A stretch of 64,000 bases of DNA from the human T2T-CHM13v2.0 reference genome, Homo sapiens: NCBI RefSeq assembly GCF_009914755.1, contig NC_060925.1. One strand, 5' to 3'. The notes under the pieces are model-generated. The model searched no databases. It was not told the DNA's origin and saw nothing but the letters and a program-made list of their open reading frames with translations. Shown one piece after another: positions 1 to 14,900 of this stretch (positions are counted from its first letter, which is position 1; every line of letters starts with the position of its first letter). Made by a program: the position numbers and the translations under genes.

Positions 1-845
1 TCCATTCTTGGCTGAAATCAATGAAAATGTCTACTATTGCTGTTGTTTTTGTTCTTTTCTCTGAAAAGTCTGTTTTTGGGAGGGCCTCAGATGGTAAAGT
101 GCCTTTTTATTGTCTCTTAAAGGGAATGGGGGAATCAACAGTTTGAGAATTTTTGTTTTATCTGTATGTATAAAATTGCCTTCTCCTTTTATTTCTTTTG
201 ATACTCTCTCTGCAGTCTCTATTCATGATCTACTCCCCATCTTTTTATGGGCCCCTTAAAGCTAGAGATTATGTTTATTCGGTTATTTATGTATTCCATT
301 TCTCCTTTTTTCTGGATCCTAATTTTGTGCCTGGTGCATACTAGGCTCTCAATTTTAGTTTGTTGAATTACTGTTATTGCTGTTTCTGATTACTTCTTGA
401 AGCGGTCTGTTTTAAAACTTCACCTGAAGGCTAAGTAATTCATCAGTATAATGGTGATCTATTATTTATCTAGCATTTTCCTAAACACTCATTGATGAAT
501 CCTTATAATACTCATCTGAAGTATCTAAATCCCAAGATGATGTGTCATGCCATAGATGGTATGGCTTTAATTTTTAATTGGGAGATGGAGATGTAACAGC
601 TGGAGATACTAAAACACAGAGAAATAAGAGCATCATTCAAGACCACAAATGTGGTTATTGTTGGAAGATAGTTTTGGGATGGGCTTCTGTGCTAGAAGCC
701 AGAACATAAAAAACTGATTAAAACTCTAAAAAGAAACCCAGATTAGGTGGGAATGAATGCTGATCTGGATTGGATTACACTTCTTTGGTGTCTGAGGGTT
801 ATGATTAGTGACTTACTTCTAATGTGCATTTGTTTTTATTTTTAG

Positions 846-927
846 CATTGCAGTGTCGAGATGGCTATGAACCCTGTGTAAATAAAGGAATGTGTGTTAC
901 CTACCACAGTGGCACAGGATACTGCAA
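846..927 (+). CDS. NOTCH2NLR: NOTCH2NL exon 2 (EGF1 N-terminal part): (A)[27 protein letters not shown]; internal Met40 ATG at 890-892
   Basis: tttag|CATTG acceptor, GCAA|gtaag donor, 82 nt; translation is NOTCH2 EGF1-like. Confidence 0.95.
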
Positions 928-1184
928 GTAAGTTTTTCTCTTCATATATTTTCTTTTTGCGATAGAACACTGGACAAGATTTGATTCTACTCCTCTATTT
1001 TTAATGCTTCTGTGGAATGTTACTGGTTCTTGAGCTTTCCTGGTACAGATTTTGGTTGGGGGTGAGGATGGAAGGATGTGGATGCCAGATAATTGGCTAA
1101 TAAGAACTTCTTACTATCTTACTGTTATCTTTCTCACTATGAAAAAGACTTTTCAGTGAGTGGCTAGTTAATGTATATGGGGTA

Positions 1185-1550
<366 letters not shown>

Positions 1551-2781
1551 TTAACATGTTACCTATTATCTTGTTTTTAAGTAAAACCAAATAGATATCA
1601 ACTTTAATATTCGGCCCAGTATATGTGAATATTATATTCATATTTTTTTCTAGTGTAAAAAATCTAATTCTGAAAGTGAGACAGTGAGAGAGGAAGATGT
1701 GTGCATGTGTGTAGATTGAGGGGGAGCAGGGGCTTTGGGTGTGTATTATTATATGGGGATAAAAGAGTAAGGATGAAGGAAAATGTAGGCTAGTTCTTGG
1801 CTTAAGAGCATTTTTTTTTTCCTTTTTCTCCAACCATCTACTCTAGCCAAGACGTTTTGTTTGTTTGAGGAAGGCTGTGAGATAATTTCATAATAGCTTT
1901 TCTAGGTTTCCTGCAAATAATTTTTTTTCTTCTGCCTCAATTGAAAATTTTTAAGAGGAATATGTATCCATTCTTTTTATTTCAGGGAAGATGCTGGAGA
2001 AATAAAATTTGGTAATATGAAATTTCTCTTCTTTTCCTTCATTTTTGTGAGGAGTAGTTGTTCTTTGCTTTGGTGGAGGTACTTGCTTAGTAAGCATTTT
2101 AAGTGAGTTTATCCAACACATTTTTATTTCTTACCAGGAATGTAATTACAACTTTTTTCCAGTGAGATCTGTTCTGACACCAGGATTTAGTTTTTTAATG
2201 TTATAAACAAGATTTTTTTTTTCAAGTCAGAAATAATTTTCTTCACTAAAGTGAAAATATTTTAAGCTGTGATGACAGTAAAGCTTAACAATAGGTTGTT
2301 TGGATTGGAATAAAGATAACATTGGAAATAAAGGTTTTATGTAGCTTATTATGAGCTGCTCATTTAGTTTTTCTAGCTGGGGGAAAAAAAAAACATGTGG
2401 TGCATTCTCCTCTAAGAATGGAGATACAACTGGAGATAATAAGGGAGGGAACTTAATACCTTAGAGTAGGCCACTGAAATCTTGTTTAGTCTTTTTGTGG
2501 CATTTGGTGCCTTAGTTGCTTGCTTTATTCTGTTATGCAACTCTTGTGGTAGTTAACCCCATTGCATTATGGTCATTTGTTGATGTGTTTCTTTTGCTAG
2601 AATGTGAGGTCTTAGTCTTATGCATTTTTTGCATAGTTAATGCCTAGTACAGTGCCTGGTGTAGTTATTGTTCAGCAATGTGTTTCTTAAACTAAAAGGT
2701 GCTAAGTAGATACCATCATGCACATGTTTCTTATCTATTTATGTTAAATAAGAAGACACTGGTTCTCTCCTTTAAAAATTT

Positions 2782-3375
2782 CAGTGTGGCGATTCCTCAA
2801 GGATCTAGAACCAGAAATACCATTTGGCCCAGCAATCCCATTACTGAGTATATACCCAAAGGATTATAAATCATTCTACTATAAGGACACATGCACATGT
2901 GTGTTTACTGCAGCACTATTTACAGTAGGAAAGACTTGGAACCAACCCAAATGCCCAACGGTGATAGACTGGATAAAGAAAATGTGGCATGTATACACGA
3001 TGGAATACTATGCAGCCATAAAAAAGAATGAGTTCATGTCCTTTGCAGGGACATGGATGAAGCTGGAAGCCATCATTCTCAGCAAACTAACACAGGAACA
3101 GAAAACCAAACACGGCATGTTCTCACTCATAAGTGGGAGCTGAACAATGAGAACACATGGACACAGGGAGGGGAACATCACACACTGGGGCCTGTCAGGG
3201 GGTGGGGGGAAAGGGAGGGGAGAGCATTAGGATGAATACCTAATGCACGTGGGGCTTAAAACCTGGATGACGGGTTGATAGGTGCAGCAAACCACCATGG
3301 CACATGTATACCTATGAAACAAACCTGCACATTCTGCACATGTATCCCAAAACTTAAAAGTAAAATTTAAAAAAA
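2782..3375 (+). mobile_element. 5'-truncated L1PA (ORF2 C-terminus + 3'UTR)
   Basis: ORF 2784..3143 is the L1 ORF2 C-terminus (KKMWHVYTMEYYAAIKKNE); G-rich 3'UTR tract and A tail. Confidence 0.95.
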
Positions 3376-3662
3376 ATTTATTTACTTCACATAGCATTCA
3401 GGGTGGTAATACCATACAGAGAGGCAAATTGGTTCTATTTGAAGATCATTCAACTTGGTGACTTATATATGGAGAATTTCAAATATGTTCTAAGTGTTCG
3501 CCTATATATTTTTGGTCTGACATGGGGAAAGAAGGTTTCTAGGGGAGACTAATCTCTGAGCACTTACCAGGAGAGGACACCTAAGGGTCACTGTTGGGAA
3601 GAAGTCCAATAGTTCTTTGTTGGACTGTTGGGCTGCTAGTCTCATACTCTCCAACCAAGGTT

Positions 3663-4193
<531 letters not shown>

Positions 4194-7100
4194 TCAATCA
4201 TTCTACAGTGCTTTGCCAGCCTCCACAGAATTTTAAGCAAAATTTTATGCAAAAATAATGTGTACCTAGCAGAGCTTTCAGTGTATTTTCACCAACCTTA
4301 CCTTTTTTTCTGTGGAGAAAGAAGATGATCTAGCTTGTTCAGTAAATATTATTTTCACAAAATAGAAAATAAATATTAAAACACTTAGAAGATTTAAAAA
4401 AATTCTATCAGGCATGCAGGGCATGTGATTATCTTTTTATTCATGCGATTGCTTAGTGGATTAAGAAAAGAAAGTTGAAGCCAAATTCCTTTTACAGGGC
4501 CAGCGTGGGGGTGAGTGGTGAGTGGTGGGATGGGAACTGGTAGAAAGTGTTTTAAAATAGAAGGAATCTGACTATCTGTTTAGACAGCATAATGCTACTG
4601 ATTCAGCTAAAATATAATGATTGTTTATAGAAATTATAAAAATCCTTGATAAGATCACATTGACAGATGAAGATAACTACTTTTGAAGATTAGTTTTGTA
4701 CTCAGCTCCACTGTTTTTTCTCACTGTTAGGAGCCTAAGTACCCTATCAGTCTGTGATTAGATTTTGATGCCAGATTAGGAGAACGTGTATAATCTTGCA
4801 TAAAACTCAATTATTGCTGTTAAATAACTACTGTCAAATCTTAATAAAGCCCTCTCACTACAGGGAGATAAGATATTTTATTCTTTCCCTTGTCCTACTG
4901 GGAGGTGTAAATATGTAATTAAATTTGATGTCATTAATCACTTTCAAGTTGTTGTTTGCTTCAGACTTTCAAATATAAACCATTCTAAATCCCAATTTGA
5001 TTAAAGATCATGGACAACTCAAGTTCACTAGGATTCTGGGGGTAGGTTAGGTTATGATTTGTATAATTGACAAAATATGTATTTTAAGGACATTTATTGT
5101 AGTTATTTAAAATCTTTGTCTGCTGGTTCTTAACAACTGGGTTGTCTATGGATGTGTTTCTATTTCTATCAACTGCTCCTTCTTTGGACCATGGGTATGA
5201 CTTCCCTTTACTTTACACATGTATGGTAGTTTTACATTACTTACTGGACATTGTGGGTGATAGATTTTAAAGTTTATCTCCCACTAAAGAATGTTGAATT
5301 TTGTCAAGATTGGCAGATCATCTTGATCCTATGGATGCTAGGTTTTAGGACACGTTAGGGTGGGCCTACTTCTGTTCTGCCCTTAGTCCGATGACACAAA
5401 TCTTAGTCATGGGATAGGGCTCTTATTCCCAAGATGGGACCCTTCTAGGGGTTCAGTGGAAAGTGTGAGGGGCCTACCAAGCCCTGAGGTGTTCATTAAG
5501 CCCCTCTAAGGCAGAACTTGTCCTCCCAGCCCCAGGAGCCTTCTGCTCAGTCTTTTCAGCCGTCCAGCTCTTACTTTCTCTTGGGTTTCTGAATCTTATC
5601 TTGCTCATGCATAGTCAGGAATTATTTAAGGATTTGAGCAGAGTTGTATGCATACTTTGAAGCTACCCACTCTGTGGTTCTGTCTTTTCCAGGAATTTTT
5701 CTCCTCATATTCTAGCTGCTGTGACAGCTCCAGATACCTCTGACTCCTCAGTATCACAGGACTTCCGTTTTCTGCTTGCACACTCTTCCTCTTCTGCTGC
5801 ATGAACTGGGGTGTACCTTCACGATAAAAAAAAAAAACAAAACTGTAAATGTGGGTTTCATATAGTTTGCTTCGCTTTTTCTGAGGCTTATATCCCTTCT
5901 AGTTTATGCCTGCTTTCAGTGATTCTCCAGTGCCTTTGATATTTTGTCCAGAGCAAGAGGGCTAGTCTGATATAAGTTACTCTGCAATTATTTTTAATGA
6001 TGAAAATTGGAAATATAAAGGGGCCTTTCAGAATTTCATACATACCACTTGGTAAATATCTAACATAGTGTTTGTAAAACAGCAGAAAGTCACTGTGAGT
6101 TGTATACGTTCCTGTAGATGGGTGCTTGCATTTGAGAATGTCCACTTTTTGCTAAAGTGCTGATCTAAAAACTACACTTTAAGGTAAATTATTATAAATA
6201 TAAAGTGTTATAAAATATAACTTTGTGTCACATTTTGTCTAAAACTTGTCTGCTAGCTGTAATAAACATTAAACATTAACAGCTAACAATTTTCCTTGCC
6301 AGGATTAGGCAGTCATGTTGGTGGTCCAGATTTCCTGAATCCATCCAAGAAAAACTAGAGCCATTGCCTTCTTTGTCTTCTTGGTAAATGTCTGTATAGT
6401 AAGTAGAGAGTAGAGACACTCATAATCCCTTAGAACTTAGCTTTTTATGGAGGATGCATTCGCAATGGTTCTGTTGTGGTGCTTCTCCCCCAAAAAGGCG
6501 TTTTCAGAAGTCATGGCTGACTCAGCATTTCCCCTTTTCCTTCACCTTCTTGTGAGTGCATTCAGGGAGGCACAGGGGCATTGTCAGATCAAAGAAATAG
6601 ACAGGGAAAAATATCAACTGTTAAATTACTTTCTCTTTCTTCTCAGCTGAAACTGGTTCTGCCAGCCTAGTTCCTTCAAGTACGGTGCCTATTTAGCTGA
6701 ACATTGTGTATATAGTTTTTCTGGAAAATGATAGCAGAAGCTTGGCCAGTTTTCCATAGTTCATTTATCTTTTTAACATAAAACAAAGAATGCTGTTTTT
6801 TTGGCTCATTAAATACCTCTCATAGAGTAATCTTTTCTTAAAATGTAATGTGTTCAGGTTTTATTAATTCAAGAGTTATTTATTGCATGCTATTTATGTG
6901 TACCACATATAACAGATAACTCAAGTCTGTGGTAGTAGTTGCAGTTAATCAATATTGTTATCATATTATTTCACACTTCTTTGGGAAGTCATAAAATAAT
7001 TACCAGTTCATTAACTTGGGCTTCTTAGAGAGGTTCAGAGTAAAGCCAAGTATGAAAAAAACTGACTATAATGTGGCCTTCTGTACAGGGGCCGCCAGTG

Positions 7101-7367
7101 AATGGCAGGGCTGGGACCATGGTGAGGCAAGTAAGGCACAGGCCTCTCTTGTGAAATTTAAGAGAGTGCCAAAAAACTCACTAATCAAAATAATGTTTGT
7201 ATGTAGTTGTTCAAAAAATCAAAATTAATGCAAAATAAGTTGAAAATTATCAAAATTTTAAATAAGGAGATCAGTACTACTGATTTTTTCTTTTGCCTTA
7301 TGATCTAGTATGGTTCAGCCTGCACTGGTGAGTGGAGTAAGGGTCCTGGAAGATCCTTGACTGGTGA

Positions 7368-7686
<319 letters not shown>

Positions 7687-8711
7687 GAGGACATAGGTTT
7701 TTTTATGCCAGATAGACTTAAGTTTGAGTCCTGATTCCTATTAACAATTGGATCTTTGGCAAGTTAAAGTCTATAATGCTAGCTAACATTATTGCATATT
7801 AGGGTCTGTTCTCAAGTAGTTTAACATGTATTTACTTTAGTCCTCATGTGAGAGAGAGACTATATGGAAGCTAAGAGAAGTTAAATAATTCACTCAAGAT
7901 CCCATCACTCTGTAGCTAACCTGAGATATACTCGTGGAAAATGTACTGTCACCTTGAGTCTCAGTTTGCCTGTCAATAAAATGGGACAGAATTACCTGTT
8001 TTAAGTTGGTAGTTCAAATGGAACCTTCTGAAAAGGAAGTGTGGAACATTTGAAAGTATACAAAAAGGGGACTTTTCAGATCAGGAATATGATTAAAACA
8101 CTGATTTATGTAATTTCTAAATTTAAAGACAGTAGCATTAGGTAGGCCTGAGTACCTCATATCATTCTAGAACACTAAATCTGCATATAGTTACATGAGT
8201 GTACATGGGCCAGGTTTGGTGAATACTGCATTTCTGAGAAATGGCCTTTAACATGAAAGCTCAATGTAATAACTGTGGATGAAATAGAAGAAGAGGGCAG
8301 TGAAGGTGGGGATAGAGGATATTGTCTATTAAAGTGTGCTTCAGTAGAGAGAACTAATTTGAAACTTCTCCTTTCTTTTTACTAATGGAACAGGAGCAAG
8401 TCCAGACAGATTTATGCAGTTGTGAAATTGAGACAGGTTAAATTCAGTGATTTTTGATAAATGTTGTTGCCAGCACAAAAGTCACAAGTTGTTGAATATG
8501 GCACCTTACATTTGCATAGTGAGTTACAGATGCATATGAGTATGTCCTGTGAGGCTTTTCCTTGTATTAGGACTTGAGATCTGGACCCTTTAACAGTACC
8601 ATTCCTAAGTGATTCTTATTAATACTTATGTCCTATTAAAATCCTTTATCAAATATGATGTTTCCCTAAGGGGTCTTTTGTAAAGGAAGTCTTGGTTACT
8701 AGCATCTCCAT

Positions 8712-8940
8712 CTGTGGCCCAGGCTTGAGTGCAGTAGAGCAATCATGGATCACTGCAGCCTCCACCTCCTAGGCTCAAGCCATCCATCCTCCTGCCTCAG
8801 TCTCCCATTTTTAAAACTTTTTATAGAGACACGGTCTCACATGTTGCTCAGGCTGGTCTCGAATTCCTGGGCTCAAGTGATCCTCCCACTTCTGCCTCCC
8901 AAAGGGCTGGAATTACAGGCCTGAACCACTGTGCCTGGCC
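8712..8940 (-). mobile_element. AluJ, internally deleted
   Basis: Reverse AluJ motifs (ctcctaggctcaagc, ctggtctcgaattcctgggctcaagtgatcc). Confidence 0.85.
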
Positions 8941-11900
8941 AGTTAGTAGCTTGTTAACACATAGCAACATAATTTCCATACTATTTTCAACTAATTTTTA
9001 TTCTTTCAGTTGGGACCTTTATATATTTCAGTGTTCAGTGAAGAAGTAGGAGAATCTGGTTCTTAGGCTCTGCCTATATCCTTTTACCTGTCTTGGGTAA
9101 CTGCCAAGAAATTAAATCAACAAATTTTGGCCTGCAGTCTGGCATTAATAGATGTGAATTTAGCTAGGTTTCTTTCAACACAGTCTCCAGGTCAATCGTA
9201 ATCTTATGTGAAGTTTCTTATTCAGGCATGTCTCATTAGCACCATTAATTTCACACAGGAATTCTTTTTTTCTCCCTTTTTTTGTGACTAAGCAAAATGA
9301 GAAATATTTCTCTTTCAGGATATGGAGAGGCTTAATTAAATTCTTTAATTTTGTCTACATCTGCCCTTATGAATGATAGCAAAGGAATGGGGGATATCAG
9401 AATATGAGAAAAAGTAATCATCTAAAAATTTCCAAGCACTTTAAAATTTGTTAAGCTAGCATAAATATGTGGGTGTGATAGAGGTTTTCATTAGGCCTCC
9501 TCTCAACATACAGTAGTTAGGAATGAAGTTTAGTGTCTCTCCGTCCTCCTGTCATATGTGTGTATGCACACATGTGTGCACATGCGACTGTGTTATGCAT
9601 TTTGTTTTCATATTTCTTTTAGTTGAGTTTTACCTTACAACCCAACGTAAGGTAAATTAAAATTTCTATTGGATTTCCGCACATTTTCTAGATCCTATTT
9701 ATTCACTGTCAGTGACCTTCACTAGCACTTAGTCCTCTGTGTCCAAAAATGTATTGCCAATTCTTAGACTCCATCAGCCTTCTCCTATGAAAAAGTAATG
9801 CAGTTAATTTCTGCTCGAAATGCTCTTCTCCTAAACAGTCTTCTACTTGATCTTTATGAAAAGAGTTTTATGAAAGAAAAGTGAAAATAAAGACTAAGAA
9901 AGGCATTATTTAAGTGATGGGTGATATTATTCAGCGAACACATTCAACTAGAGCATTCTATCCAGTTTTTTGCCTTCACGTAAATATGAGGAGAAAGGTA
10001 GGTGTTAATAAGAAAATAATCTGATTAGGATTTATGTAGAATGGTAGCATTTAGAGTATTAAATCTGTATAGATTCAGGTCATTTTCCTGCAGTCACTGT
10101 CTATAATCCTGTGTGCTGAACACTGAAAGTTAGATGGACTCTGAAGCACTATAGAATCCTCACTTTTCAAACAAAAGTTTAATTTTTATCACACTAGTAT
10201 TTATTGAGCAGGCTACTATAACTGATCACTGTACTGGGTATTGTGAATACCCAGAAAAGCCCAAGAGGCCTGTGTTACCTGACTTCCTTATTCACAAGTA
10301 TACGTACCCAGAGACTGTCTGACAGTGAATGCAGTTTCTCCTGCATAAGACATGGTGGCAGTCTTCTGAAGTCTTGCTGGGGAGATGAAGCATACAGAGA
10401 TGTGTAAAATAAAACAGTTTGTAATATCCCAGTGTAGGGGCACAGATAATAACTATGGACACTCAGACAAAGGAACAAGTACTGTGGGACAAAAGAGTAA
10501 AATCAGAGGACTTTTGGTGCACTGCTTAGATCCTAAATCTTTGAATATTAGTGGTGCCTTAGAAGACGGATAGGTAGGAGAAGGGTGAGAAGAAGGGAGC
10601 TGAGGAGACTAGAAGGGACTGTTATTTCCTGGAATAATCATTACCAATTTCTTCATCACATTTTCTTAATGACACAGTTTCAAACGTTTTCTTCATCTTG
10701 ATTGCTGTCTTCTGTGTATATGCTGGTTTGTGTGAGGTTTTACTAAACCAGTATGTGGATTAATCTAGTTTCACAGTGACAGGTAAGTGATTTAGAAAAT
10801 CCTTCCTTTAGCACATGTTAACTTGAACGTTTGGAGGTAGAATGCCTAGAGTGAGGGTGAAGGAGAGGACCTGGGGACAGGAAGAGAGGGCAGCTGGGAG
10901 CAATTATGCTCCTTCCCTCAGACCTTTTTGGCCTTGACTCTTGATTCTTGTACTTCTACCAGACAGAGAGGCGGTAGGCTTGTGGCCATGTTTTGCGAGG
11001 AAAATCAGAATCTAAGAATCTCTAAGGCAAGAGCAAGAATGGATTGGGATAGGGGAAGTGATAGGAAAACAGAGGCACTAAGAAGAGGGTTGGTTTTCAT
11101 GTACTGCATAGTTCATTCCCTTAGTTGAGAAATCAGGTATCTCAACCTCAGATATCTTCTGTCCAGCATATCGCTGGCCAGATCTGATTCATATGAGGGA
11201 TCCAGAGTAAGGAAGCATCTGTTAGCCAAGTCTTTGGTTACCCCAAATTAGCTCAGGTCCTTTACTGCTTGTTTCCTCTGATTATATAGTACATATCCAA
11301 ACCCTCAATTTTCCAGAATAAACTAGGTCTGCCTATTCTGTGTGGAAAACATTTGATGGTGGTTAAGATTCTCTTGCCTAGACGATGGTAGTGCCTTAGT
11401 CGTTTAACTGCCTGTCACTTTAAGATTTTGAAATACTGGTTCTCGTTGTGTAAGCCAGACACATCTTGAGAATATTTTACGGGGCAACTTGCCCTTTCTG
11501 AAACCTCAGTCATCCTGAAAAGTAACTCTGTACCTCCTTGACTTTAATTTTTCTGTCTTAATTCTATTTGTATACAATGTTTGTGGTGTCTGATTCTCTG
11601 TCTCGTATTGCTGAAACTCATGGCCTTGAATTTCTGGGTCACTCTTAAAAAATAGACATAACTTGATTACTAATGAAAAAGTGACTCATTTTCTTCCAGG
11701 CAAAGGCTGACACTGACTGTCACAGTTTGTGACAGAAGCAAACTCTCTAATTAGGAGACATCACCTATTCTTTTCTAAATTTTATAAGAATTGATGATAG
11801 CATCATGAGATGGGAAGTGAGTAAGATAAGCGTTTATGCTTGTAGAGAGGATGCATAAAAATGAAATCTGGATAAAGTTCTATCTGAATTTACCATTTTA

Positions 11901-14900
11901 AGTGGTTGATTCCCTGTGAGCTTAAATTTAGTGCTTCTCTTCCCAGACCGTTGTCTTACATACACACTTCAGTCAGTTTTAGCCTTGTATAACTAATCAG
12001 CAGGTCAGATTCCATAGAGGCTGAAATACCTACCACCATTCTATGCTCAAGAAAACAGGCTCTCATGTTGGCCAGTTGTTTGGGATAGAAGATGGTTAGA
12101 CCTTTCTATCCCTTTTAAACACAAGATTCTTTTTCATTCCCCTTATCTTGTTTAAATATATTGTTCCTTCTGTTTGGTTGTTCTTTGCTTTCTTATGCAT
12201 CTGTGAGGGGCTAGCTGAAAGTGTGAGTTGTGGAACAATTCATTTACATAAGTGTATATTGAATTATCTGTGCACCTAGAGGGTGATGGGCACTGTGAGG
12301 GATATTAAAAAAGAGACACAGTACAGTTCTTACCCTAGGATCCCCTGCTTGGAGTGGGACAGTGGTCAAGACATATACAACCACAAACACCCAAACATTA
12401 ACATCAGCAAGCATCATTACATCCTTGGGTGGTATTGCCAAGGGACTTCAAAGGCCAAGATTATAGAGTCATCACACTTAGGAGGTCAAAGGGACTTTGG
12501 AAAGCACCTTTGTCACTCATTTTGTTTTATAAGTGAGGCGGCTGAGGTGTAATACAGCTAAGCGAATTAGCCTTTATTACATAACTCATTAGAATGTAGA
12601 CTGGGACTAAGAGCTGTTTCTCCAGATCCCATTAGGCAATCTAAAGATTCTGCACTATTTCTTTTTCATTTTTGGTATCCAAATAGGTACAGTTGTTTTT
12701 GATCTAGGAAAATCCTTTTAGACTAAACAGTAAGCTTTTTAAATTACTCTGCTTTTAGATAGTTTTTGGACTTCAGAACTTTGAAGGTGGTCATCCACCA
12801 ACATTGGGGAATGGAAAGAAGGCTCCAACACTTTTCTTTCTAGAGATCTTCTTTAATTTTCAATGGCAGTCACTACAGAATCTAGCAGTTCATGCTATTG
12901 AGACCACTTTGTAGGATTTTTTTTTTTTTTAGTCAGGGCTCCAGGTCCCTGGTGGTTTATGTAGTCAGTCTTTTATCAACAACCGATGAAAGACTAATAA
13001 AAGTGCAAGAGGGAATGAGGACTGTGTGTGTGTATGTCTGCACATGCACACATGCCTCTCTGTGTGTGTTGGTTAACTTCATATTTGGTAGGTGGGAGGG
13101 AAGGTGATTAAAAAATAATCTACTTTGCATGGAGTTGGCCCAATTTGACTGATATAGGGGTGAGTGGGGGTTAAGAAGTAGTCTATATATCAGGAATCTT
13201 AATTAGTTTTGAAAATCCTTTAGGTAAATAGCTCAACCCAGTTGTTCCCAAACTTCAAGTGTATTTATAGGGTCTTTTTAAGGGGTAAAGATTCCACAGA
13301 GCCCTTCACTTTGACCTTTTGCTTCTGCACTGAATAGTTGAATGCCTTCTATATGCCAGTCATTGTGTTAGGCACTGGGAGTATGAGAATTAATAATTTT
13401 AGTCTGTTGACAGATAATCATAATAAGGGCTAATGAGTAACACAGGCTCAGGGTTATTAAGAACAGAGGGGGTATCAAGGCTGTTTTTCACAGGAAATAA
13501 CATTTAAGTTGAGACTTAATGAAATTTTAGGGCTTAGCCATGAGAAAGTGGGGAAAAGCATTTTGGGCTGACTGAACAGCGTGTACAGAGGTCTGGAAGT
13601 GAGAAGTAGTGTACTATAGCATTTTCTAGGAGCTGAAAGGCGTTTAGCAAGAGTATAGTGCATAAAGGAGAGAGCTTGAGATGAAACAATTTCTCAGTGT
13701 GTTGTTTGAATACAATGTATACTGTCAAAATCTAAGAATTCAAGAATCATTTAATATATCTTTATGTTTTACTAGTCATAAAAGCATATACATATATTTA
13801 AATATGGACAAGATACTGTTTAGTAGTTTAGAAAGTGATTTATAAGGATTGCAATCCCTTGCAATAACTCCACAGCCCATACCTTGGGAACAACTGAGCT
13901 AACTCATTCAGTTTTGTCCATTACATCGAAGGGTGTTTTTTGTAAACTCATATGTCTAGAATGTGTTTGCCATGTTTTAATCACAAGTAGATATTTTCTC
14001 AGGGTCCAGTGCAGTGAAGTATGGTAAGATCCTGATTGTGTTCTGGAACACAGAGGAAAGACCACCTTCTGTTATAGCAACAACACAAGTCTTTTAACAC
14101 TGTGTGCCCCTTCCCAATCTTTCAAGTGATGATTGAAGAGACTAGGTGCTCAGCTCAGCCTTTGAGTTCTGATAAATGAGCCCAGACTGTAAACTGGAAG
14201 ATAAGGATGTTTGTAAAGTTCTTGTATAAATAAAGCATGGTTTCTCATTGCAGTGGTTACTGATTTCATAGTCTGAGTGAAGATGAATGATGCTGTGAAT
14301 CAACAGCTTTAAAGTCCGTATCACTTCAGCTTCTTTTTGGTTTAGGTTTCTTAAAATCAGTGTGTATTTAATGCTTTATTCAGATGAGGGGGTGAAAAAC
14401 CTAACACATGTAAACTAAGTGAGGTGGGGTTTCAGAGATAATTCCCAGCCTCACAATTCCTCGTGAAGTTCTTTTCCTGTGGGAAACTTTTAATTTGGAA
14501 GCATGCAACCTAATGTGGGAACCAAGATTAACATTTTCTGAAATACTTCTACAAGAAAAGCAGAAATGGTCTGTCCAGGAAGCTGAATTTACATAGTAGA
14601 AAAATGAGCTGCCCTGCAGTATTTGGTAGTCTTTGTGTATTAGTTGTGATAAAAGTGTGTATGTGTGTGTGTACGTGTGTGAGAGTGAGAGATTGTATAC
14701 TTGTCTTTGTTTCTTCACATACAACTAGTAAGGCCCTAGAAAAACTACACTAGAAAGTGTGTTTTACCACAAGCGTCCCAGTTCTGGACACCAATCTATA
14801 CACAAATACTTTTTTTTAAAGTTCTTTTTGTTTTTCCTTCTTGCTGAGTAAGCTATAGTATTTCCTTTTTTTCTTTCTTTTTTTTTTGAGAGAAGGGGGG

